This document shows, piece after piece, positions 1-14,400 of a DNA stretch of 64,000 nucleotides. Source of the stretch: Auanema rhodensis (Eukaryota > Animalia > Nematoda); NCBI GenBank assembly GCA_964057225.1, contig OZ059898.1, positions 16,740,001 through 16,804,000 of the forward strand. Direction: 5' to 3'. Position numbers and translations under genes: made by a program. Numbering within the stretch: position 1 is the stretch's first letter; the number at the start of each line of letters is the position of its first letter. Under the pieces are notes generated by a model. The model ran no database searches and was not told where the DNA came from. It saw nothing but the letters and a program-made list of their open reading frames with translations.

Positions 1-21
1 GTTACATACCAAGTGCACATC

Positions 22-58
22 ACGTGTACATTTAATTAGCATAAATTAAAGTTCACGT
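22..58. repeat. Inverted repeat in the satellite A monomer (first copy shown)
   Basis: ACGTGTAC-A-TTTAATT-agcata-AATTAAA-GTTCACGT forms a 15-bp stem with one mismatch and one bulge. Confidence 0.9.
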
Positions 59-69
59 AAATTTCAAAG

Positions 70-84
70 TCATGGTTACCATGA
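70..84. repeat. 15-bp odd palindrome in the satellite A monomer (first copy shown)
   Basis: TCATGGT-T-ACCATGA has perfect 7-bp arms. Confidence 0.95.
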
Positions 85-3000
85 ACCAATATCAACAAAA
101 ATTTGTTTTGAGACTAATATGGACATGGGGAATCTAATTTTAAAAACCGCATCTCTTTATCTTTCACGTGAAGCGAGTTACCTACCAAGTGCACATCACG
201 TGTACATTTAATTAGCATAAATTAAAGTTCACGTAAATTTCAAAGTCATGGTTACCATGAACCAATATCAATAAAAATTTGTTTTTAGACTAATATGGAC
301 ATGGGGAATCTAATTTTGAAAACCGCATCTCTTTATCTTTCACGTGAAGCGAGTTACATACCAAGTGCACATCACGTGTACATTTAATTAGCATAAATTA
401 AAGTTCACGTAAATTTCAAAGTCATGGTTACCATGAACCAATATCAATAAAAATTTGTTTTGAGACTAATATGGACATGGGGAATCTAATTTTGAAAACC
501 GCATCTCTTTATCTTTCACGTGAAGCGAGTTACATACCAAGTGCACATCACGTTTACATTTAATTAGCATAAATTAAAGTTCACGTAAATTTCAAAGTCA
601 TGGTTACCATGCACCAATATCAATAAAAATTTGTTTTTAGACTAATATGGACATGGAGAATCTAATTTTGAAAACCGCATCTCTTTATCTCTCACGTGAA
701 GCGAGTTACATACCAAGTACACATCACGTGTACATTTAATTAGCATAAATTAAAGTTCACGTAAATTTCAAAGTCATGGTTACCATGAACCAATATCAAC
801 AAAAATTTGTTTTGAGACTAATATGGACATGGGGAATCTAATTTTAAAAACCGCATCTCTTTATCTTTCACGTGAAGCGAGTTACATACCAAGTGCACAT
901 CACGTGTACATTTAATTAGCATAAATTAAAGTTCACGTAAATTTCAAAGTCATGGTTACCATGAACCAATATCAATAAAAATTTGTTTTTAGACTAATAT
1001 GGACATGGGGAATCTAATTTTGAAAACCGCATCTCTTTATCTCTCACGTGAAGCGAGTTACATACCAAGTGCACATCACGTGTACATTTAATTAGCATAA
1101 ATTAAAGTTCACGTAAATTTCAAAGTCATGGTTCCCATGAACCAATATCAATAAAAATTTGTTTTTAGACTAATATGGACATGGGGAATCTAATTTTGAA
1201 AACCGCATCTCTTTATCTTTCACGTGAAGCGAGTTACATACCAAGTGCACATCACGTGTACATTTAATTAGCATAAATTAAAGTTCACGTAAATTTCAAA
1301 GTCATGGTTACCATGAACCAATATCAATAAAAATTTGTTTTTAGACTAGAATGGACATGGGGAATCTAATTTTGAAAACCGCATCTCTTTATCTTTCACG
1401 TGAAGCGAGTTACATACCAAGTGCACATCACGTGTACATTTAATTAGCATAAATTAAAGTTCACGTAAATTTCAAAGTCATGGTTACCATGCACCAATAT
1501 CAATAAAAATTTGTTTTTAGACTAATATGGACATGGGGAATCTAATTTTGAAAACCGCATCTCTTTATCTTTTACGTGAAGCGAGTTACATACCAAGTGC
1601 ACATCACGTGTACATTTAATTAGCATAAATTAAAGTTCACGTAAATTTCAAAGTCATGGTTACCATGAACCAATATCAATAAAAATTTGTTTTTAGACTA
1701 ATATGGACATGGGGAATCTAATTTTGAAAACCGCATCTCTTTATCTTTCACGTGAAGCGAGTTACATACCAAGTGCACATCACGTGTACATTTAATTAGC
1801 ATAAATTAAAGTTCACGTAAATTTCAAAGTCATGGTTACCATGAACAAATATCAATAAAAATTTGTTTTTAGACTAATATGGACATGGGGAATCTAATTT
1901 TGAAAACCGCATCTCTTTATCTTTCACGTGAAGCGAGTTACATACCAAGTGCACATCACGTGTACATTTAATTAGCATAAATTAAAGTTCACGTAAATTT
2001 CAAAGTCATGGTTACCATGAACCAATATCAATAAAAATTTGTTTTTAGACTAATATGGACATGGGGAATCTAATTTTGAAAACCGCATCTCTTTATCTTT
2101 TAGGTGAAGCGAGTTACATACCAAGTGCACATCACGTGTACATTTAATTAGCATAAATTAAAGTTCACGTAAATTTCAAAGACATGGTTACCATGAACCA
2201 ATATCAATAAAAATTTGTTTTTAGACTAATATGGACATGGGGAATCTAATTTTGAAAACCGCATCTCTTTATCTTTCACGTGAAGCGAGTTACATACCAA
2301 GTGCACATCACGTGTACATTTAATTAGCATAAATTAAAGTTCACGTAAATTTCAAAGTCATGGTTACCATGAACCAATATCAATAAAAATTTGTTTTTAG
2401 ACAAATATGGACATGGGGAATCTAATTTTGAAAACCGCATCTCTTTATCTTTCACGTGAAGCGAGTTACATACCAAGTGCACATCACGTGTACATTTAAT
2501 TAGCATAAATTAAAGTTCACGTAAATTTCAAAGTCATGGTTACCATGAACCAATATCAATAAAAATTTGTTTTTAGACTAATATGGACATGGGGAATCTA
2601 ATTTTGAAAACCGCATCTCTTTATCTTTCACGTGAAGCGAGTTACATACCAAGTGCACATCACGTGTACATTTAATTAGCATAAATTAAAGTTCACGTAA
2701 ATTTCAAAGTCATGGTTACCATGAACTAATATCAACAAAAATTTGTTTTGAGACTAATATGGACATGGGGAATCTAATTTTGAAAACCGCATCTCTTTAT
2801 CTTTCACGTGAAGCGAGTTACATACCAAGTGCACATCACGTTTACATTTAATTAGCATAAATTAAAGTTCACGTAAATTTCAAAGTCATGGTTACCATGC
2901 ACCAATATCAATAAAAATTTGTTTTTAGACTAATATGGACATGGGGAATCTAATTTTGAAAACCGCATCTCTTTATCTCTCACGTGAAGCGAGTTACATA

Positions 3001-3696
3001 CCAAGTACACATCACGTGTACATTTAATTAGCATAAATTAAAGTTCACGTAAATTTCAAAGTCATGGTTACCATGAACTAATATCAACAAAAATTTGTTT
3101 TGAGACTAATATGGACATGGGGAATCTAATTTTGAAAACCGCATCTCTTTATCTCTCACGTGAAGCGAGTTACATACCAAGTGCACATCACGTGTACATT
3201 TAATTAGCATAAATTAAAGTTCACGTAAATTTCAAAGTCATGGTTCCCATGAACCAATATCAATAAAAATTTGTTTTTAGACTAATATGGACATGGGGAA
3301 TCTAATTTTGAAAACCGCATCTCTTTATCTTTCACGTGAAGCGAGTTACATACCAAGTGCACATCACGTGTACATTTAATTAGCATAAATTAAAGTTCAC
3401 GTAAATTTCAAAGTCATGGTTACCATGAACCAATATCAATAAAAATTTGTTTTTAGACTAGAATGGACATGGGGAATCTAATTTTGAAAACCGCATCTCT
3501 TTATCTTTCACGTGAAGCGAGTTACATACCAAGTGCACATCACGTGTACATTTAATTAGCATAAATTAAAGTTCACGTAAATTTCAAAGTCATGGTTACC
3601 ATGCACCAATATCAATAAAAATTTGTTTTTAGACTAATATGGACATGGGGAATCTAATTTTGAAAACCGCATCTCTTTATCTTTTACGTGAAGCGA

Positions 3697-6600
3697 GTTA
3701 CATACCAAGTGCACATCACGTGTACATTTAATTAGCATAAATTAAAGTTCACGTAAATTTCAAAGTCATGGTTACCATGAACCAATATCAATAAAAATTT
3801 GTTTTTAGACTAATATGGACATGGGGAATCTAATTTTGAAAACCGCATCTCTTTATCTTTTACGTGAAGCGAGTTACATACCAAGTGCACATCACGTGTA
3901 CATTTAATTAGCATAAATTAAAGTTCACGTAAATTTCAAAGACATGGTTACCATGAACCAATATCAATAGAAATTTGTTTTTAGACTAATATGGACATGG
4001 GGAATCTAATTTTGAAAACCGCATCTCTTTATCTTTTACGTGAAGCGAGTTACATACCAAGTGCACATCACGTGTACATTTAATTAGCATAAATTAAAGT
4101 TCACGTAAATTTCAAAGTCATGGTTACCATGAACCAATATCAATAAAAATTTGTTTTTAGACTAATATGGACATGGGAAATCTAATTTTGAAAACCGCAT
4201 CTCTTTATCTTTCACGTGAAGCGAGTTACATACCAAGTGCACATCACGTGTACATTTAATTAGCATAAATTAAAGTTCACGTAAATTTCAAAGTCATGGT
4301 TACCATGAACCAATATCAACAAAAATTTGTTTTGAGACTAATATGGACATGAGGAATCTAATTTTAAAAACCGCATCTCTTTATCTTTCACGTGAAGCGA
4401 GTTACATACCAAGTGCACATCACGTGTACATTTAATTAGCATAAATTAAAGTTCACGTAAATTTCAAAGTCATGGTTACCATGCACCAATATCAATAAAA
4501 ATTTGTTTTGAGACTAATATGGACATGGGGAATCTAATTTTGAAAACCGCATCTCTTTATCTTTTACGTGAAGCGAGTTACATACCAAGTGCACATCACG
4601 TGTACATTTAATTAGCATAAATTAAAGTTCACGTAAATTTCAAAGTCATGGTTACCATGAACCAATATCAATAAAAATTTGTTTTTAGACTAATATGGAC
4701 ATGGGGAATCTAATTTTGAAAACCGCATCTCTTTATCTCTCACGTGAAGCGAGTTACATACCAAGTACACATCACGTGTACATTTAATTAGCATAAATTA
4801 AAGTTCACGTAAATTTCAAAGTCATGGTTACCATGAACCAATATCAACAAAAATTTGTTTTGAGACTAATATGGACATGGGGAATCTAATTTTAAAAACC
4901 GCATCTCTTTATCTTTCACGTGAAGCGAGTTACATACCAAGTGCACATCACGTGTACATTTAATTAGCATAAATTAAAGTTCACGTAAATTTCAAAGTCA
5001 TGGTTACCATGAACCAATATCAATAAAAATATGTTTTTAGACTAATATGGACATGGGGAATCTAATTTTGAAAACCGCATCTCTTTATCTTTCACGTGAA
5101 GCGAGTTACATACCAAGTGCACATCACGTGTACATTTAATTAGCATAAATTAAAGTTCACGTAAATTTCAAAGTCATGGTTCCCATGAACCAATATCAAT
5201 AAAAATTTGTTTTTAGACTAATATGGACATGGGGAATCTAATTTTGAAAACCCCATCTCTTTATCTTTCACGTGAAGCGAGTTACATACCAAGTGCACAT
5301 CACGTGTACATTTAATTAGCATAAATTAAAGTTCACGTAAATTTCAAAGTCATGGTTACCATGAACCAATATCAATAAAAATTTGTTTTTAGACTAGAAT
5401 GGACATGGGGAATCTAATTTTGAAAAACCGCATCTCTTTATCTTTCACGTGAAGCGAGTTACATACCAAGTGCACATCACGTGTACATTTAATTAGCATA
5501 AATTAAAGTTCACGTAAATTTCAAAGTCATGGTTACCATGAACCAATATCAACAAAAATTTGTTTTGAGACTAATATGGACATGGGGAATCTAATTTTAA
5601 AAACCGCATCTCTTTATCTTTCACGTGAAGCGAGTTACATACCAAGTGCACATCACGTGTACATTTAATTAGCATAAATTAAAGTTCACGTAAATTTCAA
5701 AGTCATGGTTACCATGAACCAATATCAATAAAAATTTGTTTTTAGACTAATATGGACATGGGGAATCTAATTTTGAAAACCGCATCTCTTTATCTTTCAC
5801 GTGAAGCGAGTTACATACCAAGTGCACATCACGTGTACATTTAATTAGCATAAATTAAAGTTCACGTAAATTTCAAAGTCATGGTTCCCATGAACCAATA
5901 TCAATAAAAATTTGTTTTTAGACTAATATGGACATGGGGAATCTAATTTTGAAAACCGCATCTCTTTATCTTTCACGTGAAGCGAGTTACATACCAAGTG
6001 CACATCACGTGTACATTTAATTAGCATAAATTAAAGTTCACGTAAATTTCAAAGTCATGGTTACCATGAACCAATATCAATAAAAATTTGTTTTTAGACT
6101 AGAATGGACATGGGGAATCTAATTTTGAAAACCGCATCTCTTTATCTTTCACGTGAAGCGAGTTACATACCAAGTGCACATCACGTGTACATTTAATTAG
6201 CATAAATTAAAGTTCACGTAAATTTCAAAGTCATGGTTACCATGAACCAATATCAATAAAAATTTGTTTTTAGACTAATATGGACATGGGGAATCTAATT
6301 TTGAAAACCGCATCTCTTTATCTTTCACGTGAAGCGAGTTACATACCAAGTGCACATCACGTGTACATTTAATTAGCATAAATTAAAGTTCACGTAAATT
6401 TCAAAGTCATGGTTACCATGAACTAATATCAACAAAAATTTGTTTTGAGACTAATATGGACATGGGGAATCTAATTTTGAAAACCGCATCTCTTTATCTT
6501 TCACGTGAAGCGAGTTACATACCAAGTGCACATCACGTTTACATTTAATTAGCATAAATTAAAGTTCACGTAAATTTCAAAGTCATGGTTACCATGAACT

Positions 6601-9600
6601 AATATCAACAAAAATTTGTTTTGAGACTAATATGGACATGGGGAATCTAATTTTGAAAACCGCATCTCTTTATCTTTCACGTGAAGCGAGTTACATACCA
6701 AGTGCACATCACGTTTACATTTAATTAGCATAAATTAAAGTTCACGTAAATTTCAAAGTCATGGTTACCATGAACTAATATCAACAAAAATTTGTTTTGA
6801 GACTAATATGGACATGGGGAATCTAATTTTGAAAACCGCATCTCTTTATCTTTCACGTGAAGCGAGTTACATACCAAGTGCACATCACGTTTACATTTAA
6901 TTAGCATAAATTAAAGTTCACGTAAATTTCAAAGTCATGGTTACCATGAACTAATATCAACAAAAATTTGTTTTGAGACTAATATGGACATGGGGAATCT
7001 AATTTTGAAAACCGCATCTCTTTATCTTTCACGTGAAGCGAGTTACATACCAAGTGCACATCACGTTTACATTTAATTAGCATAAATTAAAGTTCACGTA
7101 AATTTCAAAGTCATGGTTACCATGAACTAATATCAACAAAAATTTGTTTTGAGACTAATATGGACATGGGGAATCTAATTTTGAAAACCGCATCTCTTTA
7201 TCTTTCACGTGAAGCGAGTTACATACCAAGTGCACATCACGTCTACATTTAATTAGCATAAATTAAAGTTCACGTAAATTTCAAAGTCATGGTTACCATG
7301 CACCAATATCAATAAAAATTTGTTTTAGACTAATATGGACATGAGGAATCTAATTTTGAAAACCGCATCTCTTTATCTTTCACGTGAAGCGAGTTACATA
7401 CCAAGTGCACATCACGTGTACATTTAATTAGCATAAATTAAAGTTCACGTAAATTTCAAAGTCATGGTTACCATGAACCAATATCAATAAAAATTTGTTT
7501 TTAGACTAATATGGACATGGGGAATCTAATTTTGAAAACCGCATCTCTTTATCTTTTACGTGAAGCGAGTTACATACCAAGTGCACATCACGTGTACATT
7601 TAATTAGCATAAATTAAAGTTCACGTAAATTTCAAAGTCATGGTTACCATGAACCAATATCAATAACAATTTGTTTTTAGACTAATATGGACATGGGGAA
7701 TCTAATTTTGAAAACCGCATCTCTTTATCTTTCACGTGAAGCGAGTTACATACCAAGTGCACATCACGTGTACATTTAATTAGCATAAATTAAAGTTCAC
7801 GTAAATTTCAAAGTCATGGTTACCATGAACCAATATCAATAAAAATTTGTTTTTAGACTAATATGGACATGGGGAATCTAATTTTGAAAACCGCATCTCT
7901 TTATCTTTTACGTGAAGCGAGTTACATACCAAGTGCACATCACGTGTACATTTAATTAGCATAAATTAAAGTTCACGTAAATTTCAAAGACATGGTTACC
8001 ATGAACCAATATCAATAGAAATTTGTTTTTAGACTAATATGGACATGGGGAATCTAATTTTGAAAACCGCATCTCTTTATCTTTTACGTGAAGCGAGTTA
8101 CATACCAAGTGCACATCACGTGTACATTTAATTAGCATAAATTAAAGTTCACGTAAATTTCAAAGTCATGGTTACCATGAACCAATATCAATAAAAATTT
8201 GTTTTTAGACTAATATGGACATGGGAAATCTAATTTTGAAAACCGCATCTCTTTATCTTTCACGTGAAGCGAGTTACATACCAAGTGCACATCACGTGTA
8301 CATTTAATTAGCATAAATTAAAGTTCACGTAAATTTCAAAGTCATGGTTACCATGAACCAATATCAACAAAAATTTGTTTTGAGACTAATATGGACATGA
8401 GGAATCTAATTTTAAAAACCGCATCTCTTTATCTTTCACGTGAAGCGAGTTACATACCAAGTGCACATCACGTGTACATTTAATTAGCATAAATTAAAGT
8501 TCACGTAAATTTCAAAGTCATGGTTACCATGCACCAATATCAATAAAAATTTGTTTTGAGACTAATATGGACATGGGGAATCTAATTTTGAAAACCGCAT
8601 CTCTTTATCTTTTACGTGAAGCGAGTTACATACCAAGTGCACATCACGTGTACATTTAATTAGCATAAATTAAAGTTCACGTAAATTTCAAAGTCATGGT
8701 TACCATGAACCAATATCAATAAAAATTTGTTTTTAGACTAATATGGACATGGGGAATCTAATTTTGAAAACCGCATCTCTTTATCTCTCACGTGAAGCGA
8801 GTTACATACCAAGTACACATCACGTGTACATTTAATTAGCATAAATTAAAGTTCACGTAAATTTCAAAGTCATGGTTACCATGAACCAATATCAACAAAA
8901 ATTTGTTTTGAGACTAATATGGACATGGGGAATCTAATTTTAAAAACCGCATCTCTTTATCTTTCACGTGAAGCGAGTTACATACCAAGTGCACATCACG
9001 TGTACATTTAATTAGCATAAATTAAAGTTCACGTAAATTTCAAAGTCATGGTTACCATGAACCAATATCAATAAAAATTTGTTTTTAGACTAATATGGAC
9101 ATGGGGAATCTAATTTTGAAAACCGCATCTCTTTATCTTTCACGTGAAGCGAGTTACATACCAAGTGCACATCACGTGTACATTTAATTAGCATAAATTA
9201 AAGTTCACGTAAATTTCAAAGTCATGGTTCCCATGAACCAATATCAATAAAAATTTGTTTTTAGACTAATATGGACATGGGGAATCTAATTTTGGAAACC
9301 GCATCTCTTTATCTTTCACGTGAAGCGAGTTACATACCAAGTGCACATCACGTGTACATTTAATTAGCATAAATTAAAGTTCACGTAAATTTCAAAGTCA
9401 TGGTTACCATGAACCAATATCAATAAAAATTTGTTTTTAGACTAGAATGGACATGGGGAATCTAATTTTGAAAACCGCATCTCTTTATCTTTCACGTGAA
9501 GCGAGTTACATACCAAGTGCACATCACGTGTACATTTAATTAGCATAAATTAAAGTTCACGTAAATTTCAAAGTCATGGTTACCATGAACCAATATCAAC

Positions 9601-11440
9601 AAAAATTTGTTTTGAGACTAATATGGACATGGGGAATCTAATTTTAAAAACCGCATCTCTTTATCTTTCACGTGAAGCGAGTTACATACCAAGTGCACAT
9701 CACGTGTACATTTAATTAGCATAAATTAAAGTTCACGTAAATTTCAAAGTCATGGTTACCATGAACCAATATCAATAAAAATTTGTTTTTAGACTAATAT
9801 GGACATGGGGAATCTAATTTTGAAAACCGCATCTCTTTATCTTTCACGTGAAGCGAGTTACATACCAAGTGCACATCACGTGTACATTTAATTAGCATAA
9901 ATTAAAGTTCACGTAAATTTCAAAGTCATGGTTACCATGAACCAATATCAATAAAAATTTGTTTTTAGACTAGAATGGACATGGGGAATCTAATTTTGAA
10001 AACCGCATCTCTTTATCTTTCACGTGAAGCGAGTTACATACCAAGTGCACATCACGTGTACATTTAATTAGCATAAATTAAAGTTCACGTAAATTTCAAA
10101 GTCATGGTTACCATGCACCAATATCAATAACAATTTGTTTTTAGACTAATATGGACATGGGGAATCTAATTTTGAAAACCGCATCTCTTTATCTTTTACG
10201 TGAAGCGAGTTACATACCAAGTGCACATCACGTGTACATTTAATTAGCATAAATTAAAGTTCACGTAAATTTCAAAGTCATGGTTACCATGAACCAATAT
10301 CAATAAAAATTTGTTTTTAGACTAATATGGACATGGGGAATCTAATTTTGAAAACCGCATCTCTTTATCTTTCACGTGAAGCGAGTTACATACCAAGTGC
10401 ACATCACGTGTACATTTAATTAGCATAAATTAAAGTTCACGTAAATTTCAAAGTCATGGTTACCATGAACTAATATCAACAAAAATTTGTTTTGAGACTA
10501 ATATGGACATGGGGAATCTAATTTTGAAAACCGCATCTCTTTATCTTTCACGTGAAGCGAGTTACATACCAAGTGCACATCACGTTTACATTTAATTAGC
10601 ATAAATTAAAGTTCACGTAAATTTCAAAGTCATGGTTACCATGAACTAATATCAACAAAAATTTGTTTTGAGACTAATATGGACATGGGGAATCTAATTT
10701 TGAAAACCGCATCTCTTTATCTTTCACGTGAAGCGAGTTACATACCAAGTGCACATCACGTTTACATTTAATTAGCATAAATTAAAGTTCACGTAAATTT
10801 CAAAGTCATGGTTACCATGAACTAATATCAACAAAAATTTGTTTTGAGACTAATATGGACATGGGGAATCTAATTTTGAAAACCGCATCTCTTTATCTTT
10901 CACGTGAAGCGAGTTACATACCAAGTGCACATCACGTGTACATTTAATTAGCATAAATTAAAGTTCACGTAAATTTCAAAGTCATGGTTACCATGAACTA
11001 ATATCAACAAAAATTTGTTTTGAGACTAATATGGACATGGGGAATCTAATTTTGAAAACCGCATCTCTTTATCTTTCACGTGAAGCGAGTTACATACCAA
11101 GTGCACATCACGTGTACATTTAATTAGCATAAATTAAAGTTCACGTAAATTTCAAAGTCATGGTTACCATGAACTAATATCAACAAAAATTTGTTTTGAG
11201 ACTAATATGGACATGGGGAATCTAATTTTGAAAACCGCATCTCTTTATCTTTCACGTGAAGCGAGTTACATACCAAGTGCACATCACGTGTACATTTAAT
11301 TAGCATAAATTAAAGTTCACGTAAATTTCAAAGTCATGGTTACCATGCACCAATATCAATAAAAATTTGTTTTAGACTAATATGGACATGAGGAATCTAA
11401 TTTTGAAAACCGCATCTCTTTATCTTTCACGTGAAGCGAG
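3697..11440. repeat. Approximately 23-monomer (4047-4048 bp) segmental duplication within array A
   Basis: Rare variants recur in the same order at the same offset: 'aatag' at 3970/8018, then the 'gggaaa' and 'gagg' monomers, and the 175-bp 'atgagg' monomer at 7341/11388. The two copies differ internally by a few monomers. Confidence 0.85.
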
Positions 11441-14400
11441 TTACATACCAAGTGCACATCACGTGTACATTTAATTAGCATAAATTAAAGTTCACGTAAA
11501 TTTCAAAGTCATGGTTACCATGAACCAATATCAATAAAAATTTGTTTTTAGACTAGAATGGACATGGGGAATCTAATTTTGAAAACCGCATCTCTTTATC
11601 TTTCACGTGAAGCGAGTTACATACCAAGTGCACATCACGTGTACATTTAATTAGCATAAATTAAAGTTCACGTAAATTTCAAAGTCATGGTTACCATGAA
11701 CCAATATCAACAAAAATTTGTTTTGAGACTAATATGGACATGGGGAATCTAATTTTAAAAACCGCATCTCTTTATCTTTCACGTGAAGCGAGTTACATAC
11801 CAAGTGCACATCACGTGTACATTTAATTAGCATAAATTAAAGTTCACGTAAATTTCAAAGTCATGGTTACCATGAACCAATATCAATAAAAATTTGTTTT
11901 TAGACTAATATGGACATGGGGAATCTAATTTTGAAAACCGCATCTCTTTATCTTTCACGTGAAGCGAGTTACATACCAAGTGCACATCACGTGTACATTT
12001 AATTAGCATAAATTAAAGTTCACGTAAATTTCAAAGTCATGGTTCCCATGAACCAATATCAATAAAAATTTGTTTTTAGACTAATATGGACATGGGGAAT
12101 CTAATTTTGAAAACCGCATCTCTTTATCTTTCACGTGAAGCGAGTTACATACCAAGTGCACATCACGTGTACATTTAATTAGCATAAATTAAAGTTCACG
12201 TAAATTTCAAAGTCATGGTTACCATGAACCAATATCAATAAAAATTTGTTTTTAGACTAGAATGGACATGGGGAATCTAATTTTGAAAACCGCATCTCTT
12301 TATCTTTCACGTGAAGCGAGTTACATACCAAGTGCACATCACGTGTACATTTAATTAGCATAAATTAAAGTTCACGTAAATTTCAAAGTCATGGTTACCA
12401 TGCACCAATATCAATAAAAATTTGTTTTTAGACTAATATGGACATGGGGAATCTAATTTTGAAAACCGCATCTCTTTATCTTTTACGTGAAGCGAGTTAC
12501 ATACCAAGTGCACATCACGTGTACATTTAATTAGCATAAATTAAAGTTCACGTAAATTTCAAAGTCATGGTTACCATGAACCAATATCAATAAAAATTTG
12601 TTTTTAGACTAATATGGACATGGGGAATCTAATTTTGAAAACCGCATCTCTTTATCTTTCACGTGAAGCGAGTTACATACCAAGTGCACATCACGTGTAC
12701 ATTTAATTAGCATAAATTAAAGTTCACGTAAATTTCAAAGTCATGGTTACCATGAACTAATATCAACAAAAATTTGTTTTGAGACTAATATGGACATGGG
12801 GAATCTAATTTTGAAAACCGCATCTCTTTATCTTTCACGTGAAGCGAGTTACATACCAAGTGCACATCACGTGTACATTTAATTAGCATAAATTAAAGTT
12901 CACGTAAATTTCAAAGTCATGGTTACCATGCACCAATATCAATAAAAATTTGTTTTAGACTAATATGGACATGAGGAATCTAATTTTGAAAACCGCATCT
13001 CTTTATCTTTCACGTGAAGCGAGTTACATACCAAGTGCACATCACGTGTACATTTAATTAGCATAAATTAAAGTTCACGTAAATTTCAAAGTCATGGTTA
13101 CCATGAACCAATATCAATAAAAATTTGTTTTTAGACTAGAATGGACATGGGGAATCTAATTTTGAAAACCGCATCTCTTTATCTTTCACGTGAAGCGAGT
13201 TACATACCAAGTGCACATCACGTGTACATTTAATTAGCATAAATTAAAGTTCACGTAAATTTCAAAGTCATGGTTACCATGAACCAATATCAACAAAAAT
13301 TTGTTTTGAGACTAATATGGACATGGGGAATCTAATTTTAAAAACCGCATCTCTTTATCTTTCACGTGAAGCGAGTTACATACCAAGTGCACATCACGTG
13401 TACATTTAATTAGCATAAATTAAAGTTCACGTAAATTTCAAAGTCATGGTTACCATGAACCAATATCAATAAAAATTTGTTTTTAGACTAATATGGACAT
13501 GGGGAATCTAATTTTGAAAACCGCATCTCTTTATCTTTCACGTGAAGCGAGTTACATACCAAGTGCACATCACGTGTACATTTAATTAGCATAAATTAAA
13601 GTTCACGTAAATTTCAAAGTCATGGTTCCCATGAACCAATATCAATAAAAATTTGTTTTTAGACTAATATGGACATGGGGAATCTAATTTTGAAAACCGC
13701 ATCTCTTTATCTTTCACGTGAAGCGAGTTACATACCAAGTGCACATCACGTGTACATTTAATTAGCATAAATTAAAGTTCACGTAAATTTCAAAGTCATG
13801 GTTACCATGAACCAATATCAATAAAAATTTGTTTTTAGACTAGAATGGACATGGGGAATCTAATTTTGAAAACCGCATCTCTTTATCTTTCACGTGAAGC
13901 GAGTTACATACCAAGTGCACATCACGTGTACATTTAATTAGCATAAATTAAAGTTCACGTAAATTTCAAAGTCATGGTTACCATGCACCAATATCAATAA
14001 AAATTTGTTTTTAGACTAATATGGACATGGGGAATCTAATTTTGAAAACCGCATCTCTTTATCTTTTACGTGAAGCGAGTTACATACCAAGTGCACATCA
14101 CGTGTACATTTAATTAGCATAAATTAAAGTTCACGTAAATTTCAAAGTCATGGTTACCATGAACCAATATCAATAAAAATTTGTTTTTAGACTAATATGG
14201 ACATGGGGAATCTAATTTTGAAAACCGCATCTCTTTATCTTTCACGTGAAGCGAGTTACATACCAAGTGCACATCACGTGTACATTTAATTAGCATAAAT
14301 TAAAGTTCACGTAAATTTCAAAGTCATGGTTACCATGAACTAATATCAACAAAAATTTGTTTTGAGACTAATATGGACATGGGGAATCTAATTTTGAAAA

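Noticed and set aside
33-44. POU/octamer-like TAATTAGCATAA (ATGCTAAT on the minus strand)
   Set aside because: It is a single short AT-rich match per monomer, which is not enough to call a regulatory site.
19-150. Budding-yeast point-centromere layout (CDEI-CDEII-CDEIII)
   Set aside because: ATCACGTG fits CDEI, but the following DNA is not the extremely AT-rich CDEII type and no CDEIII consensus (TGTTT.TG.TTTCCGAAA) is present.
1-176. Assignment to known ~176-bp satellites (Brassica CentBr, honeybee AluI family) or to other named families
   Set aside because: Only the length matches. Monomer A has no AGCT/AAGCTT site and I do not recognise the sequence, so a database search is needed.
2324-2506. 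60-aa minus-strand ORF
   Set aside because: It exists only because a private T>A at 2403 removes a stop codon in one satellite copy, and it has no recognisable protein features.
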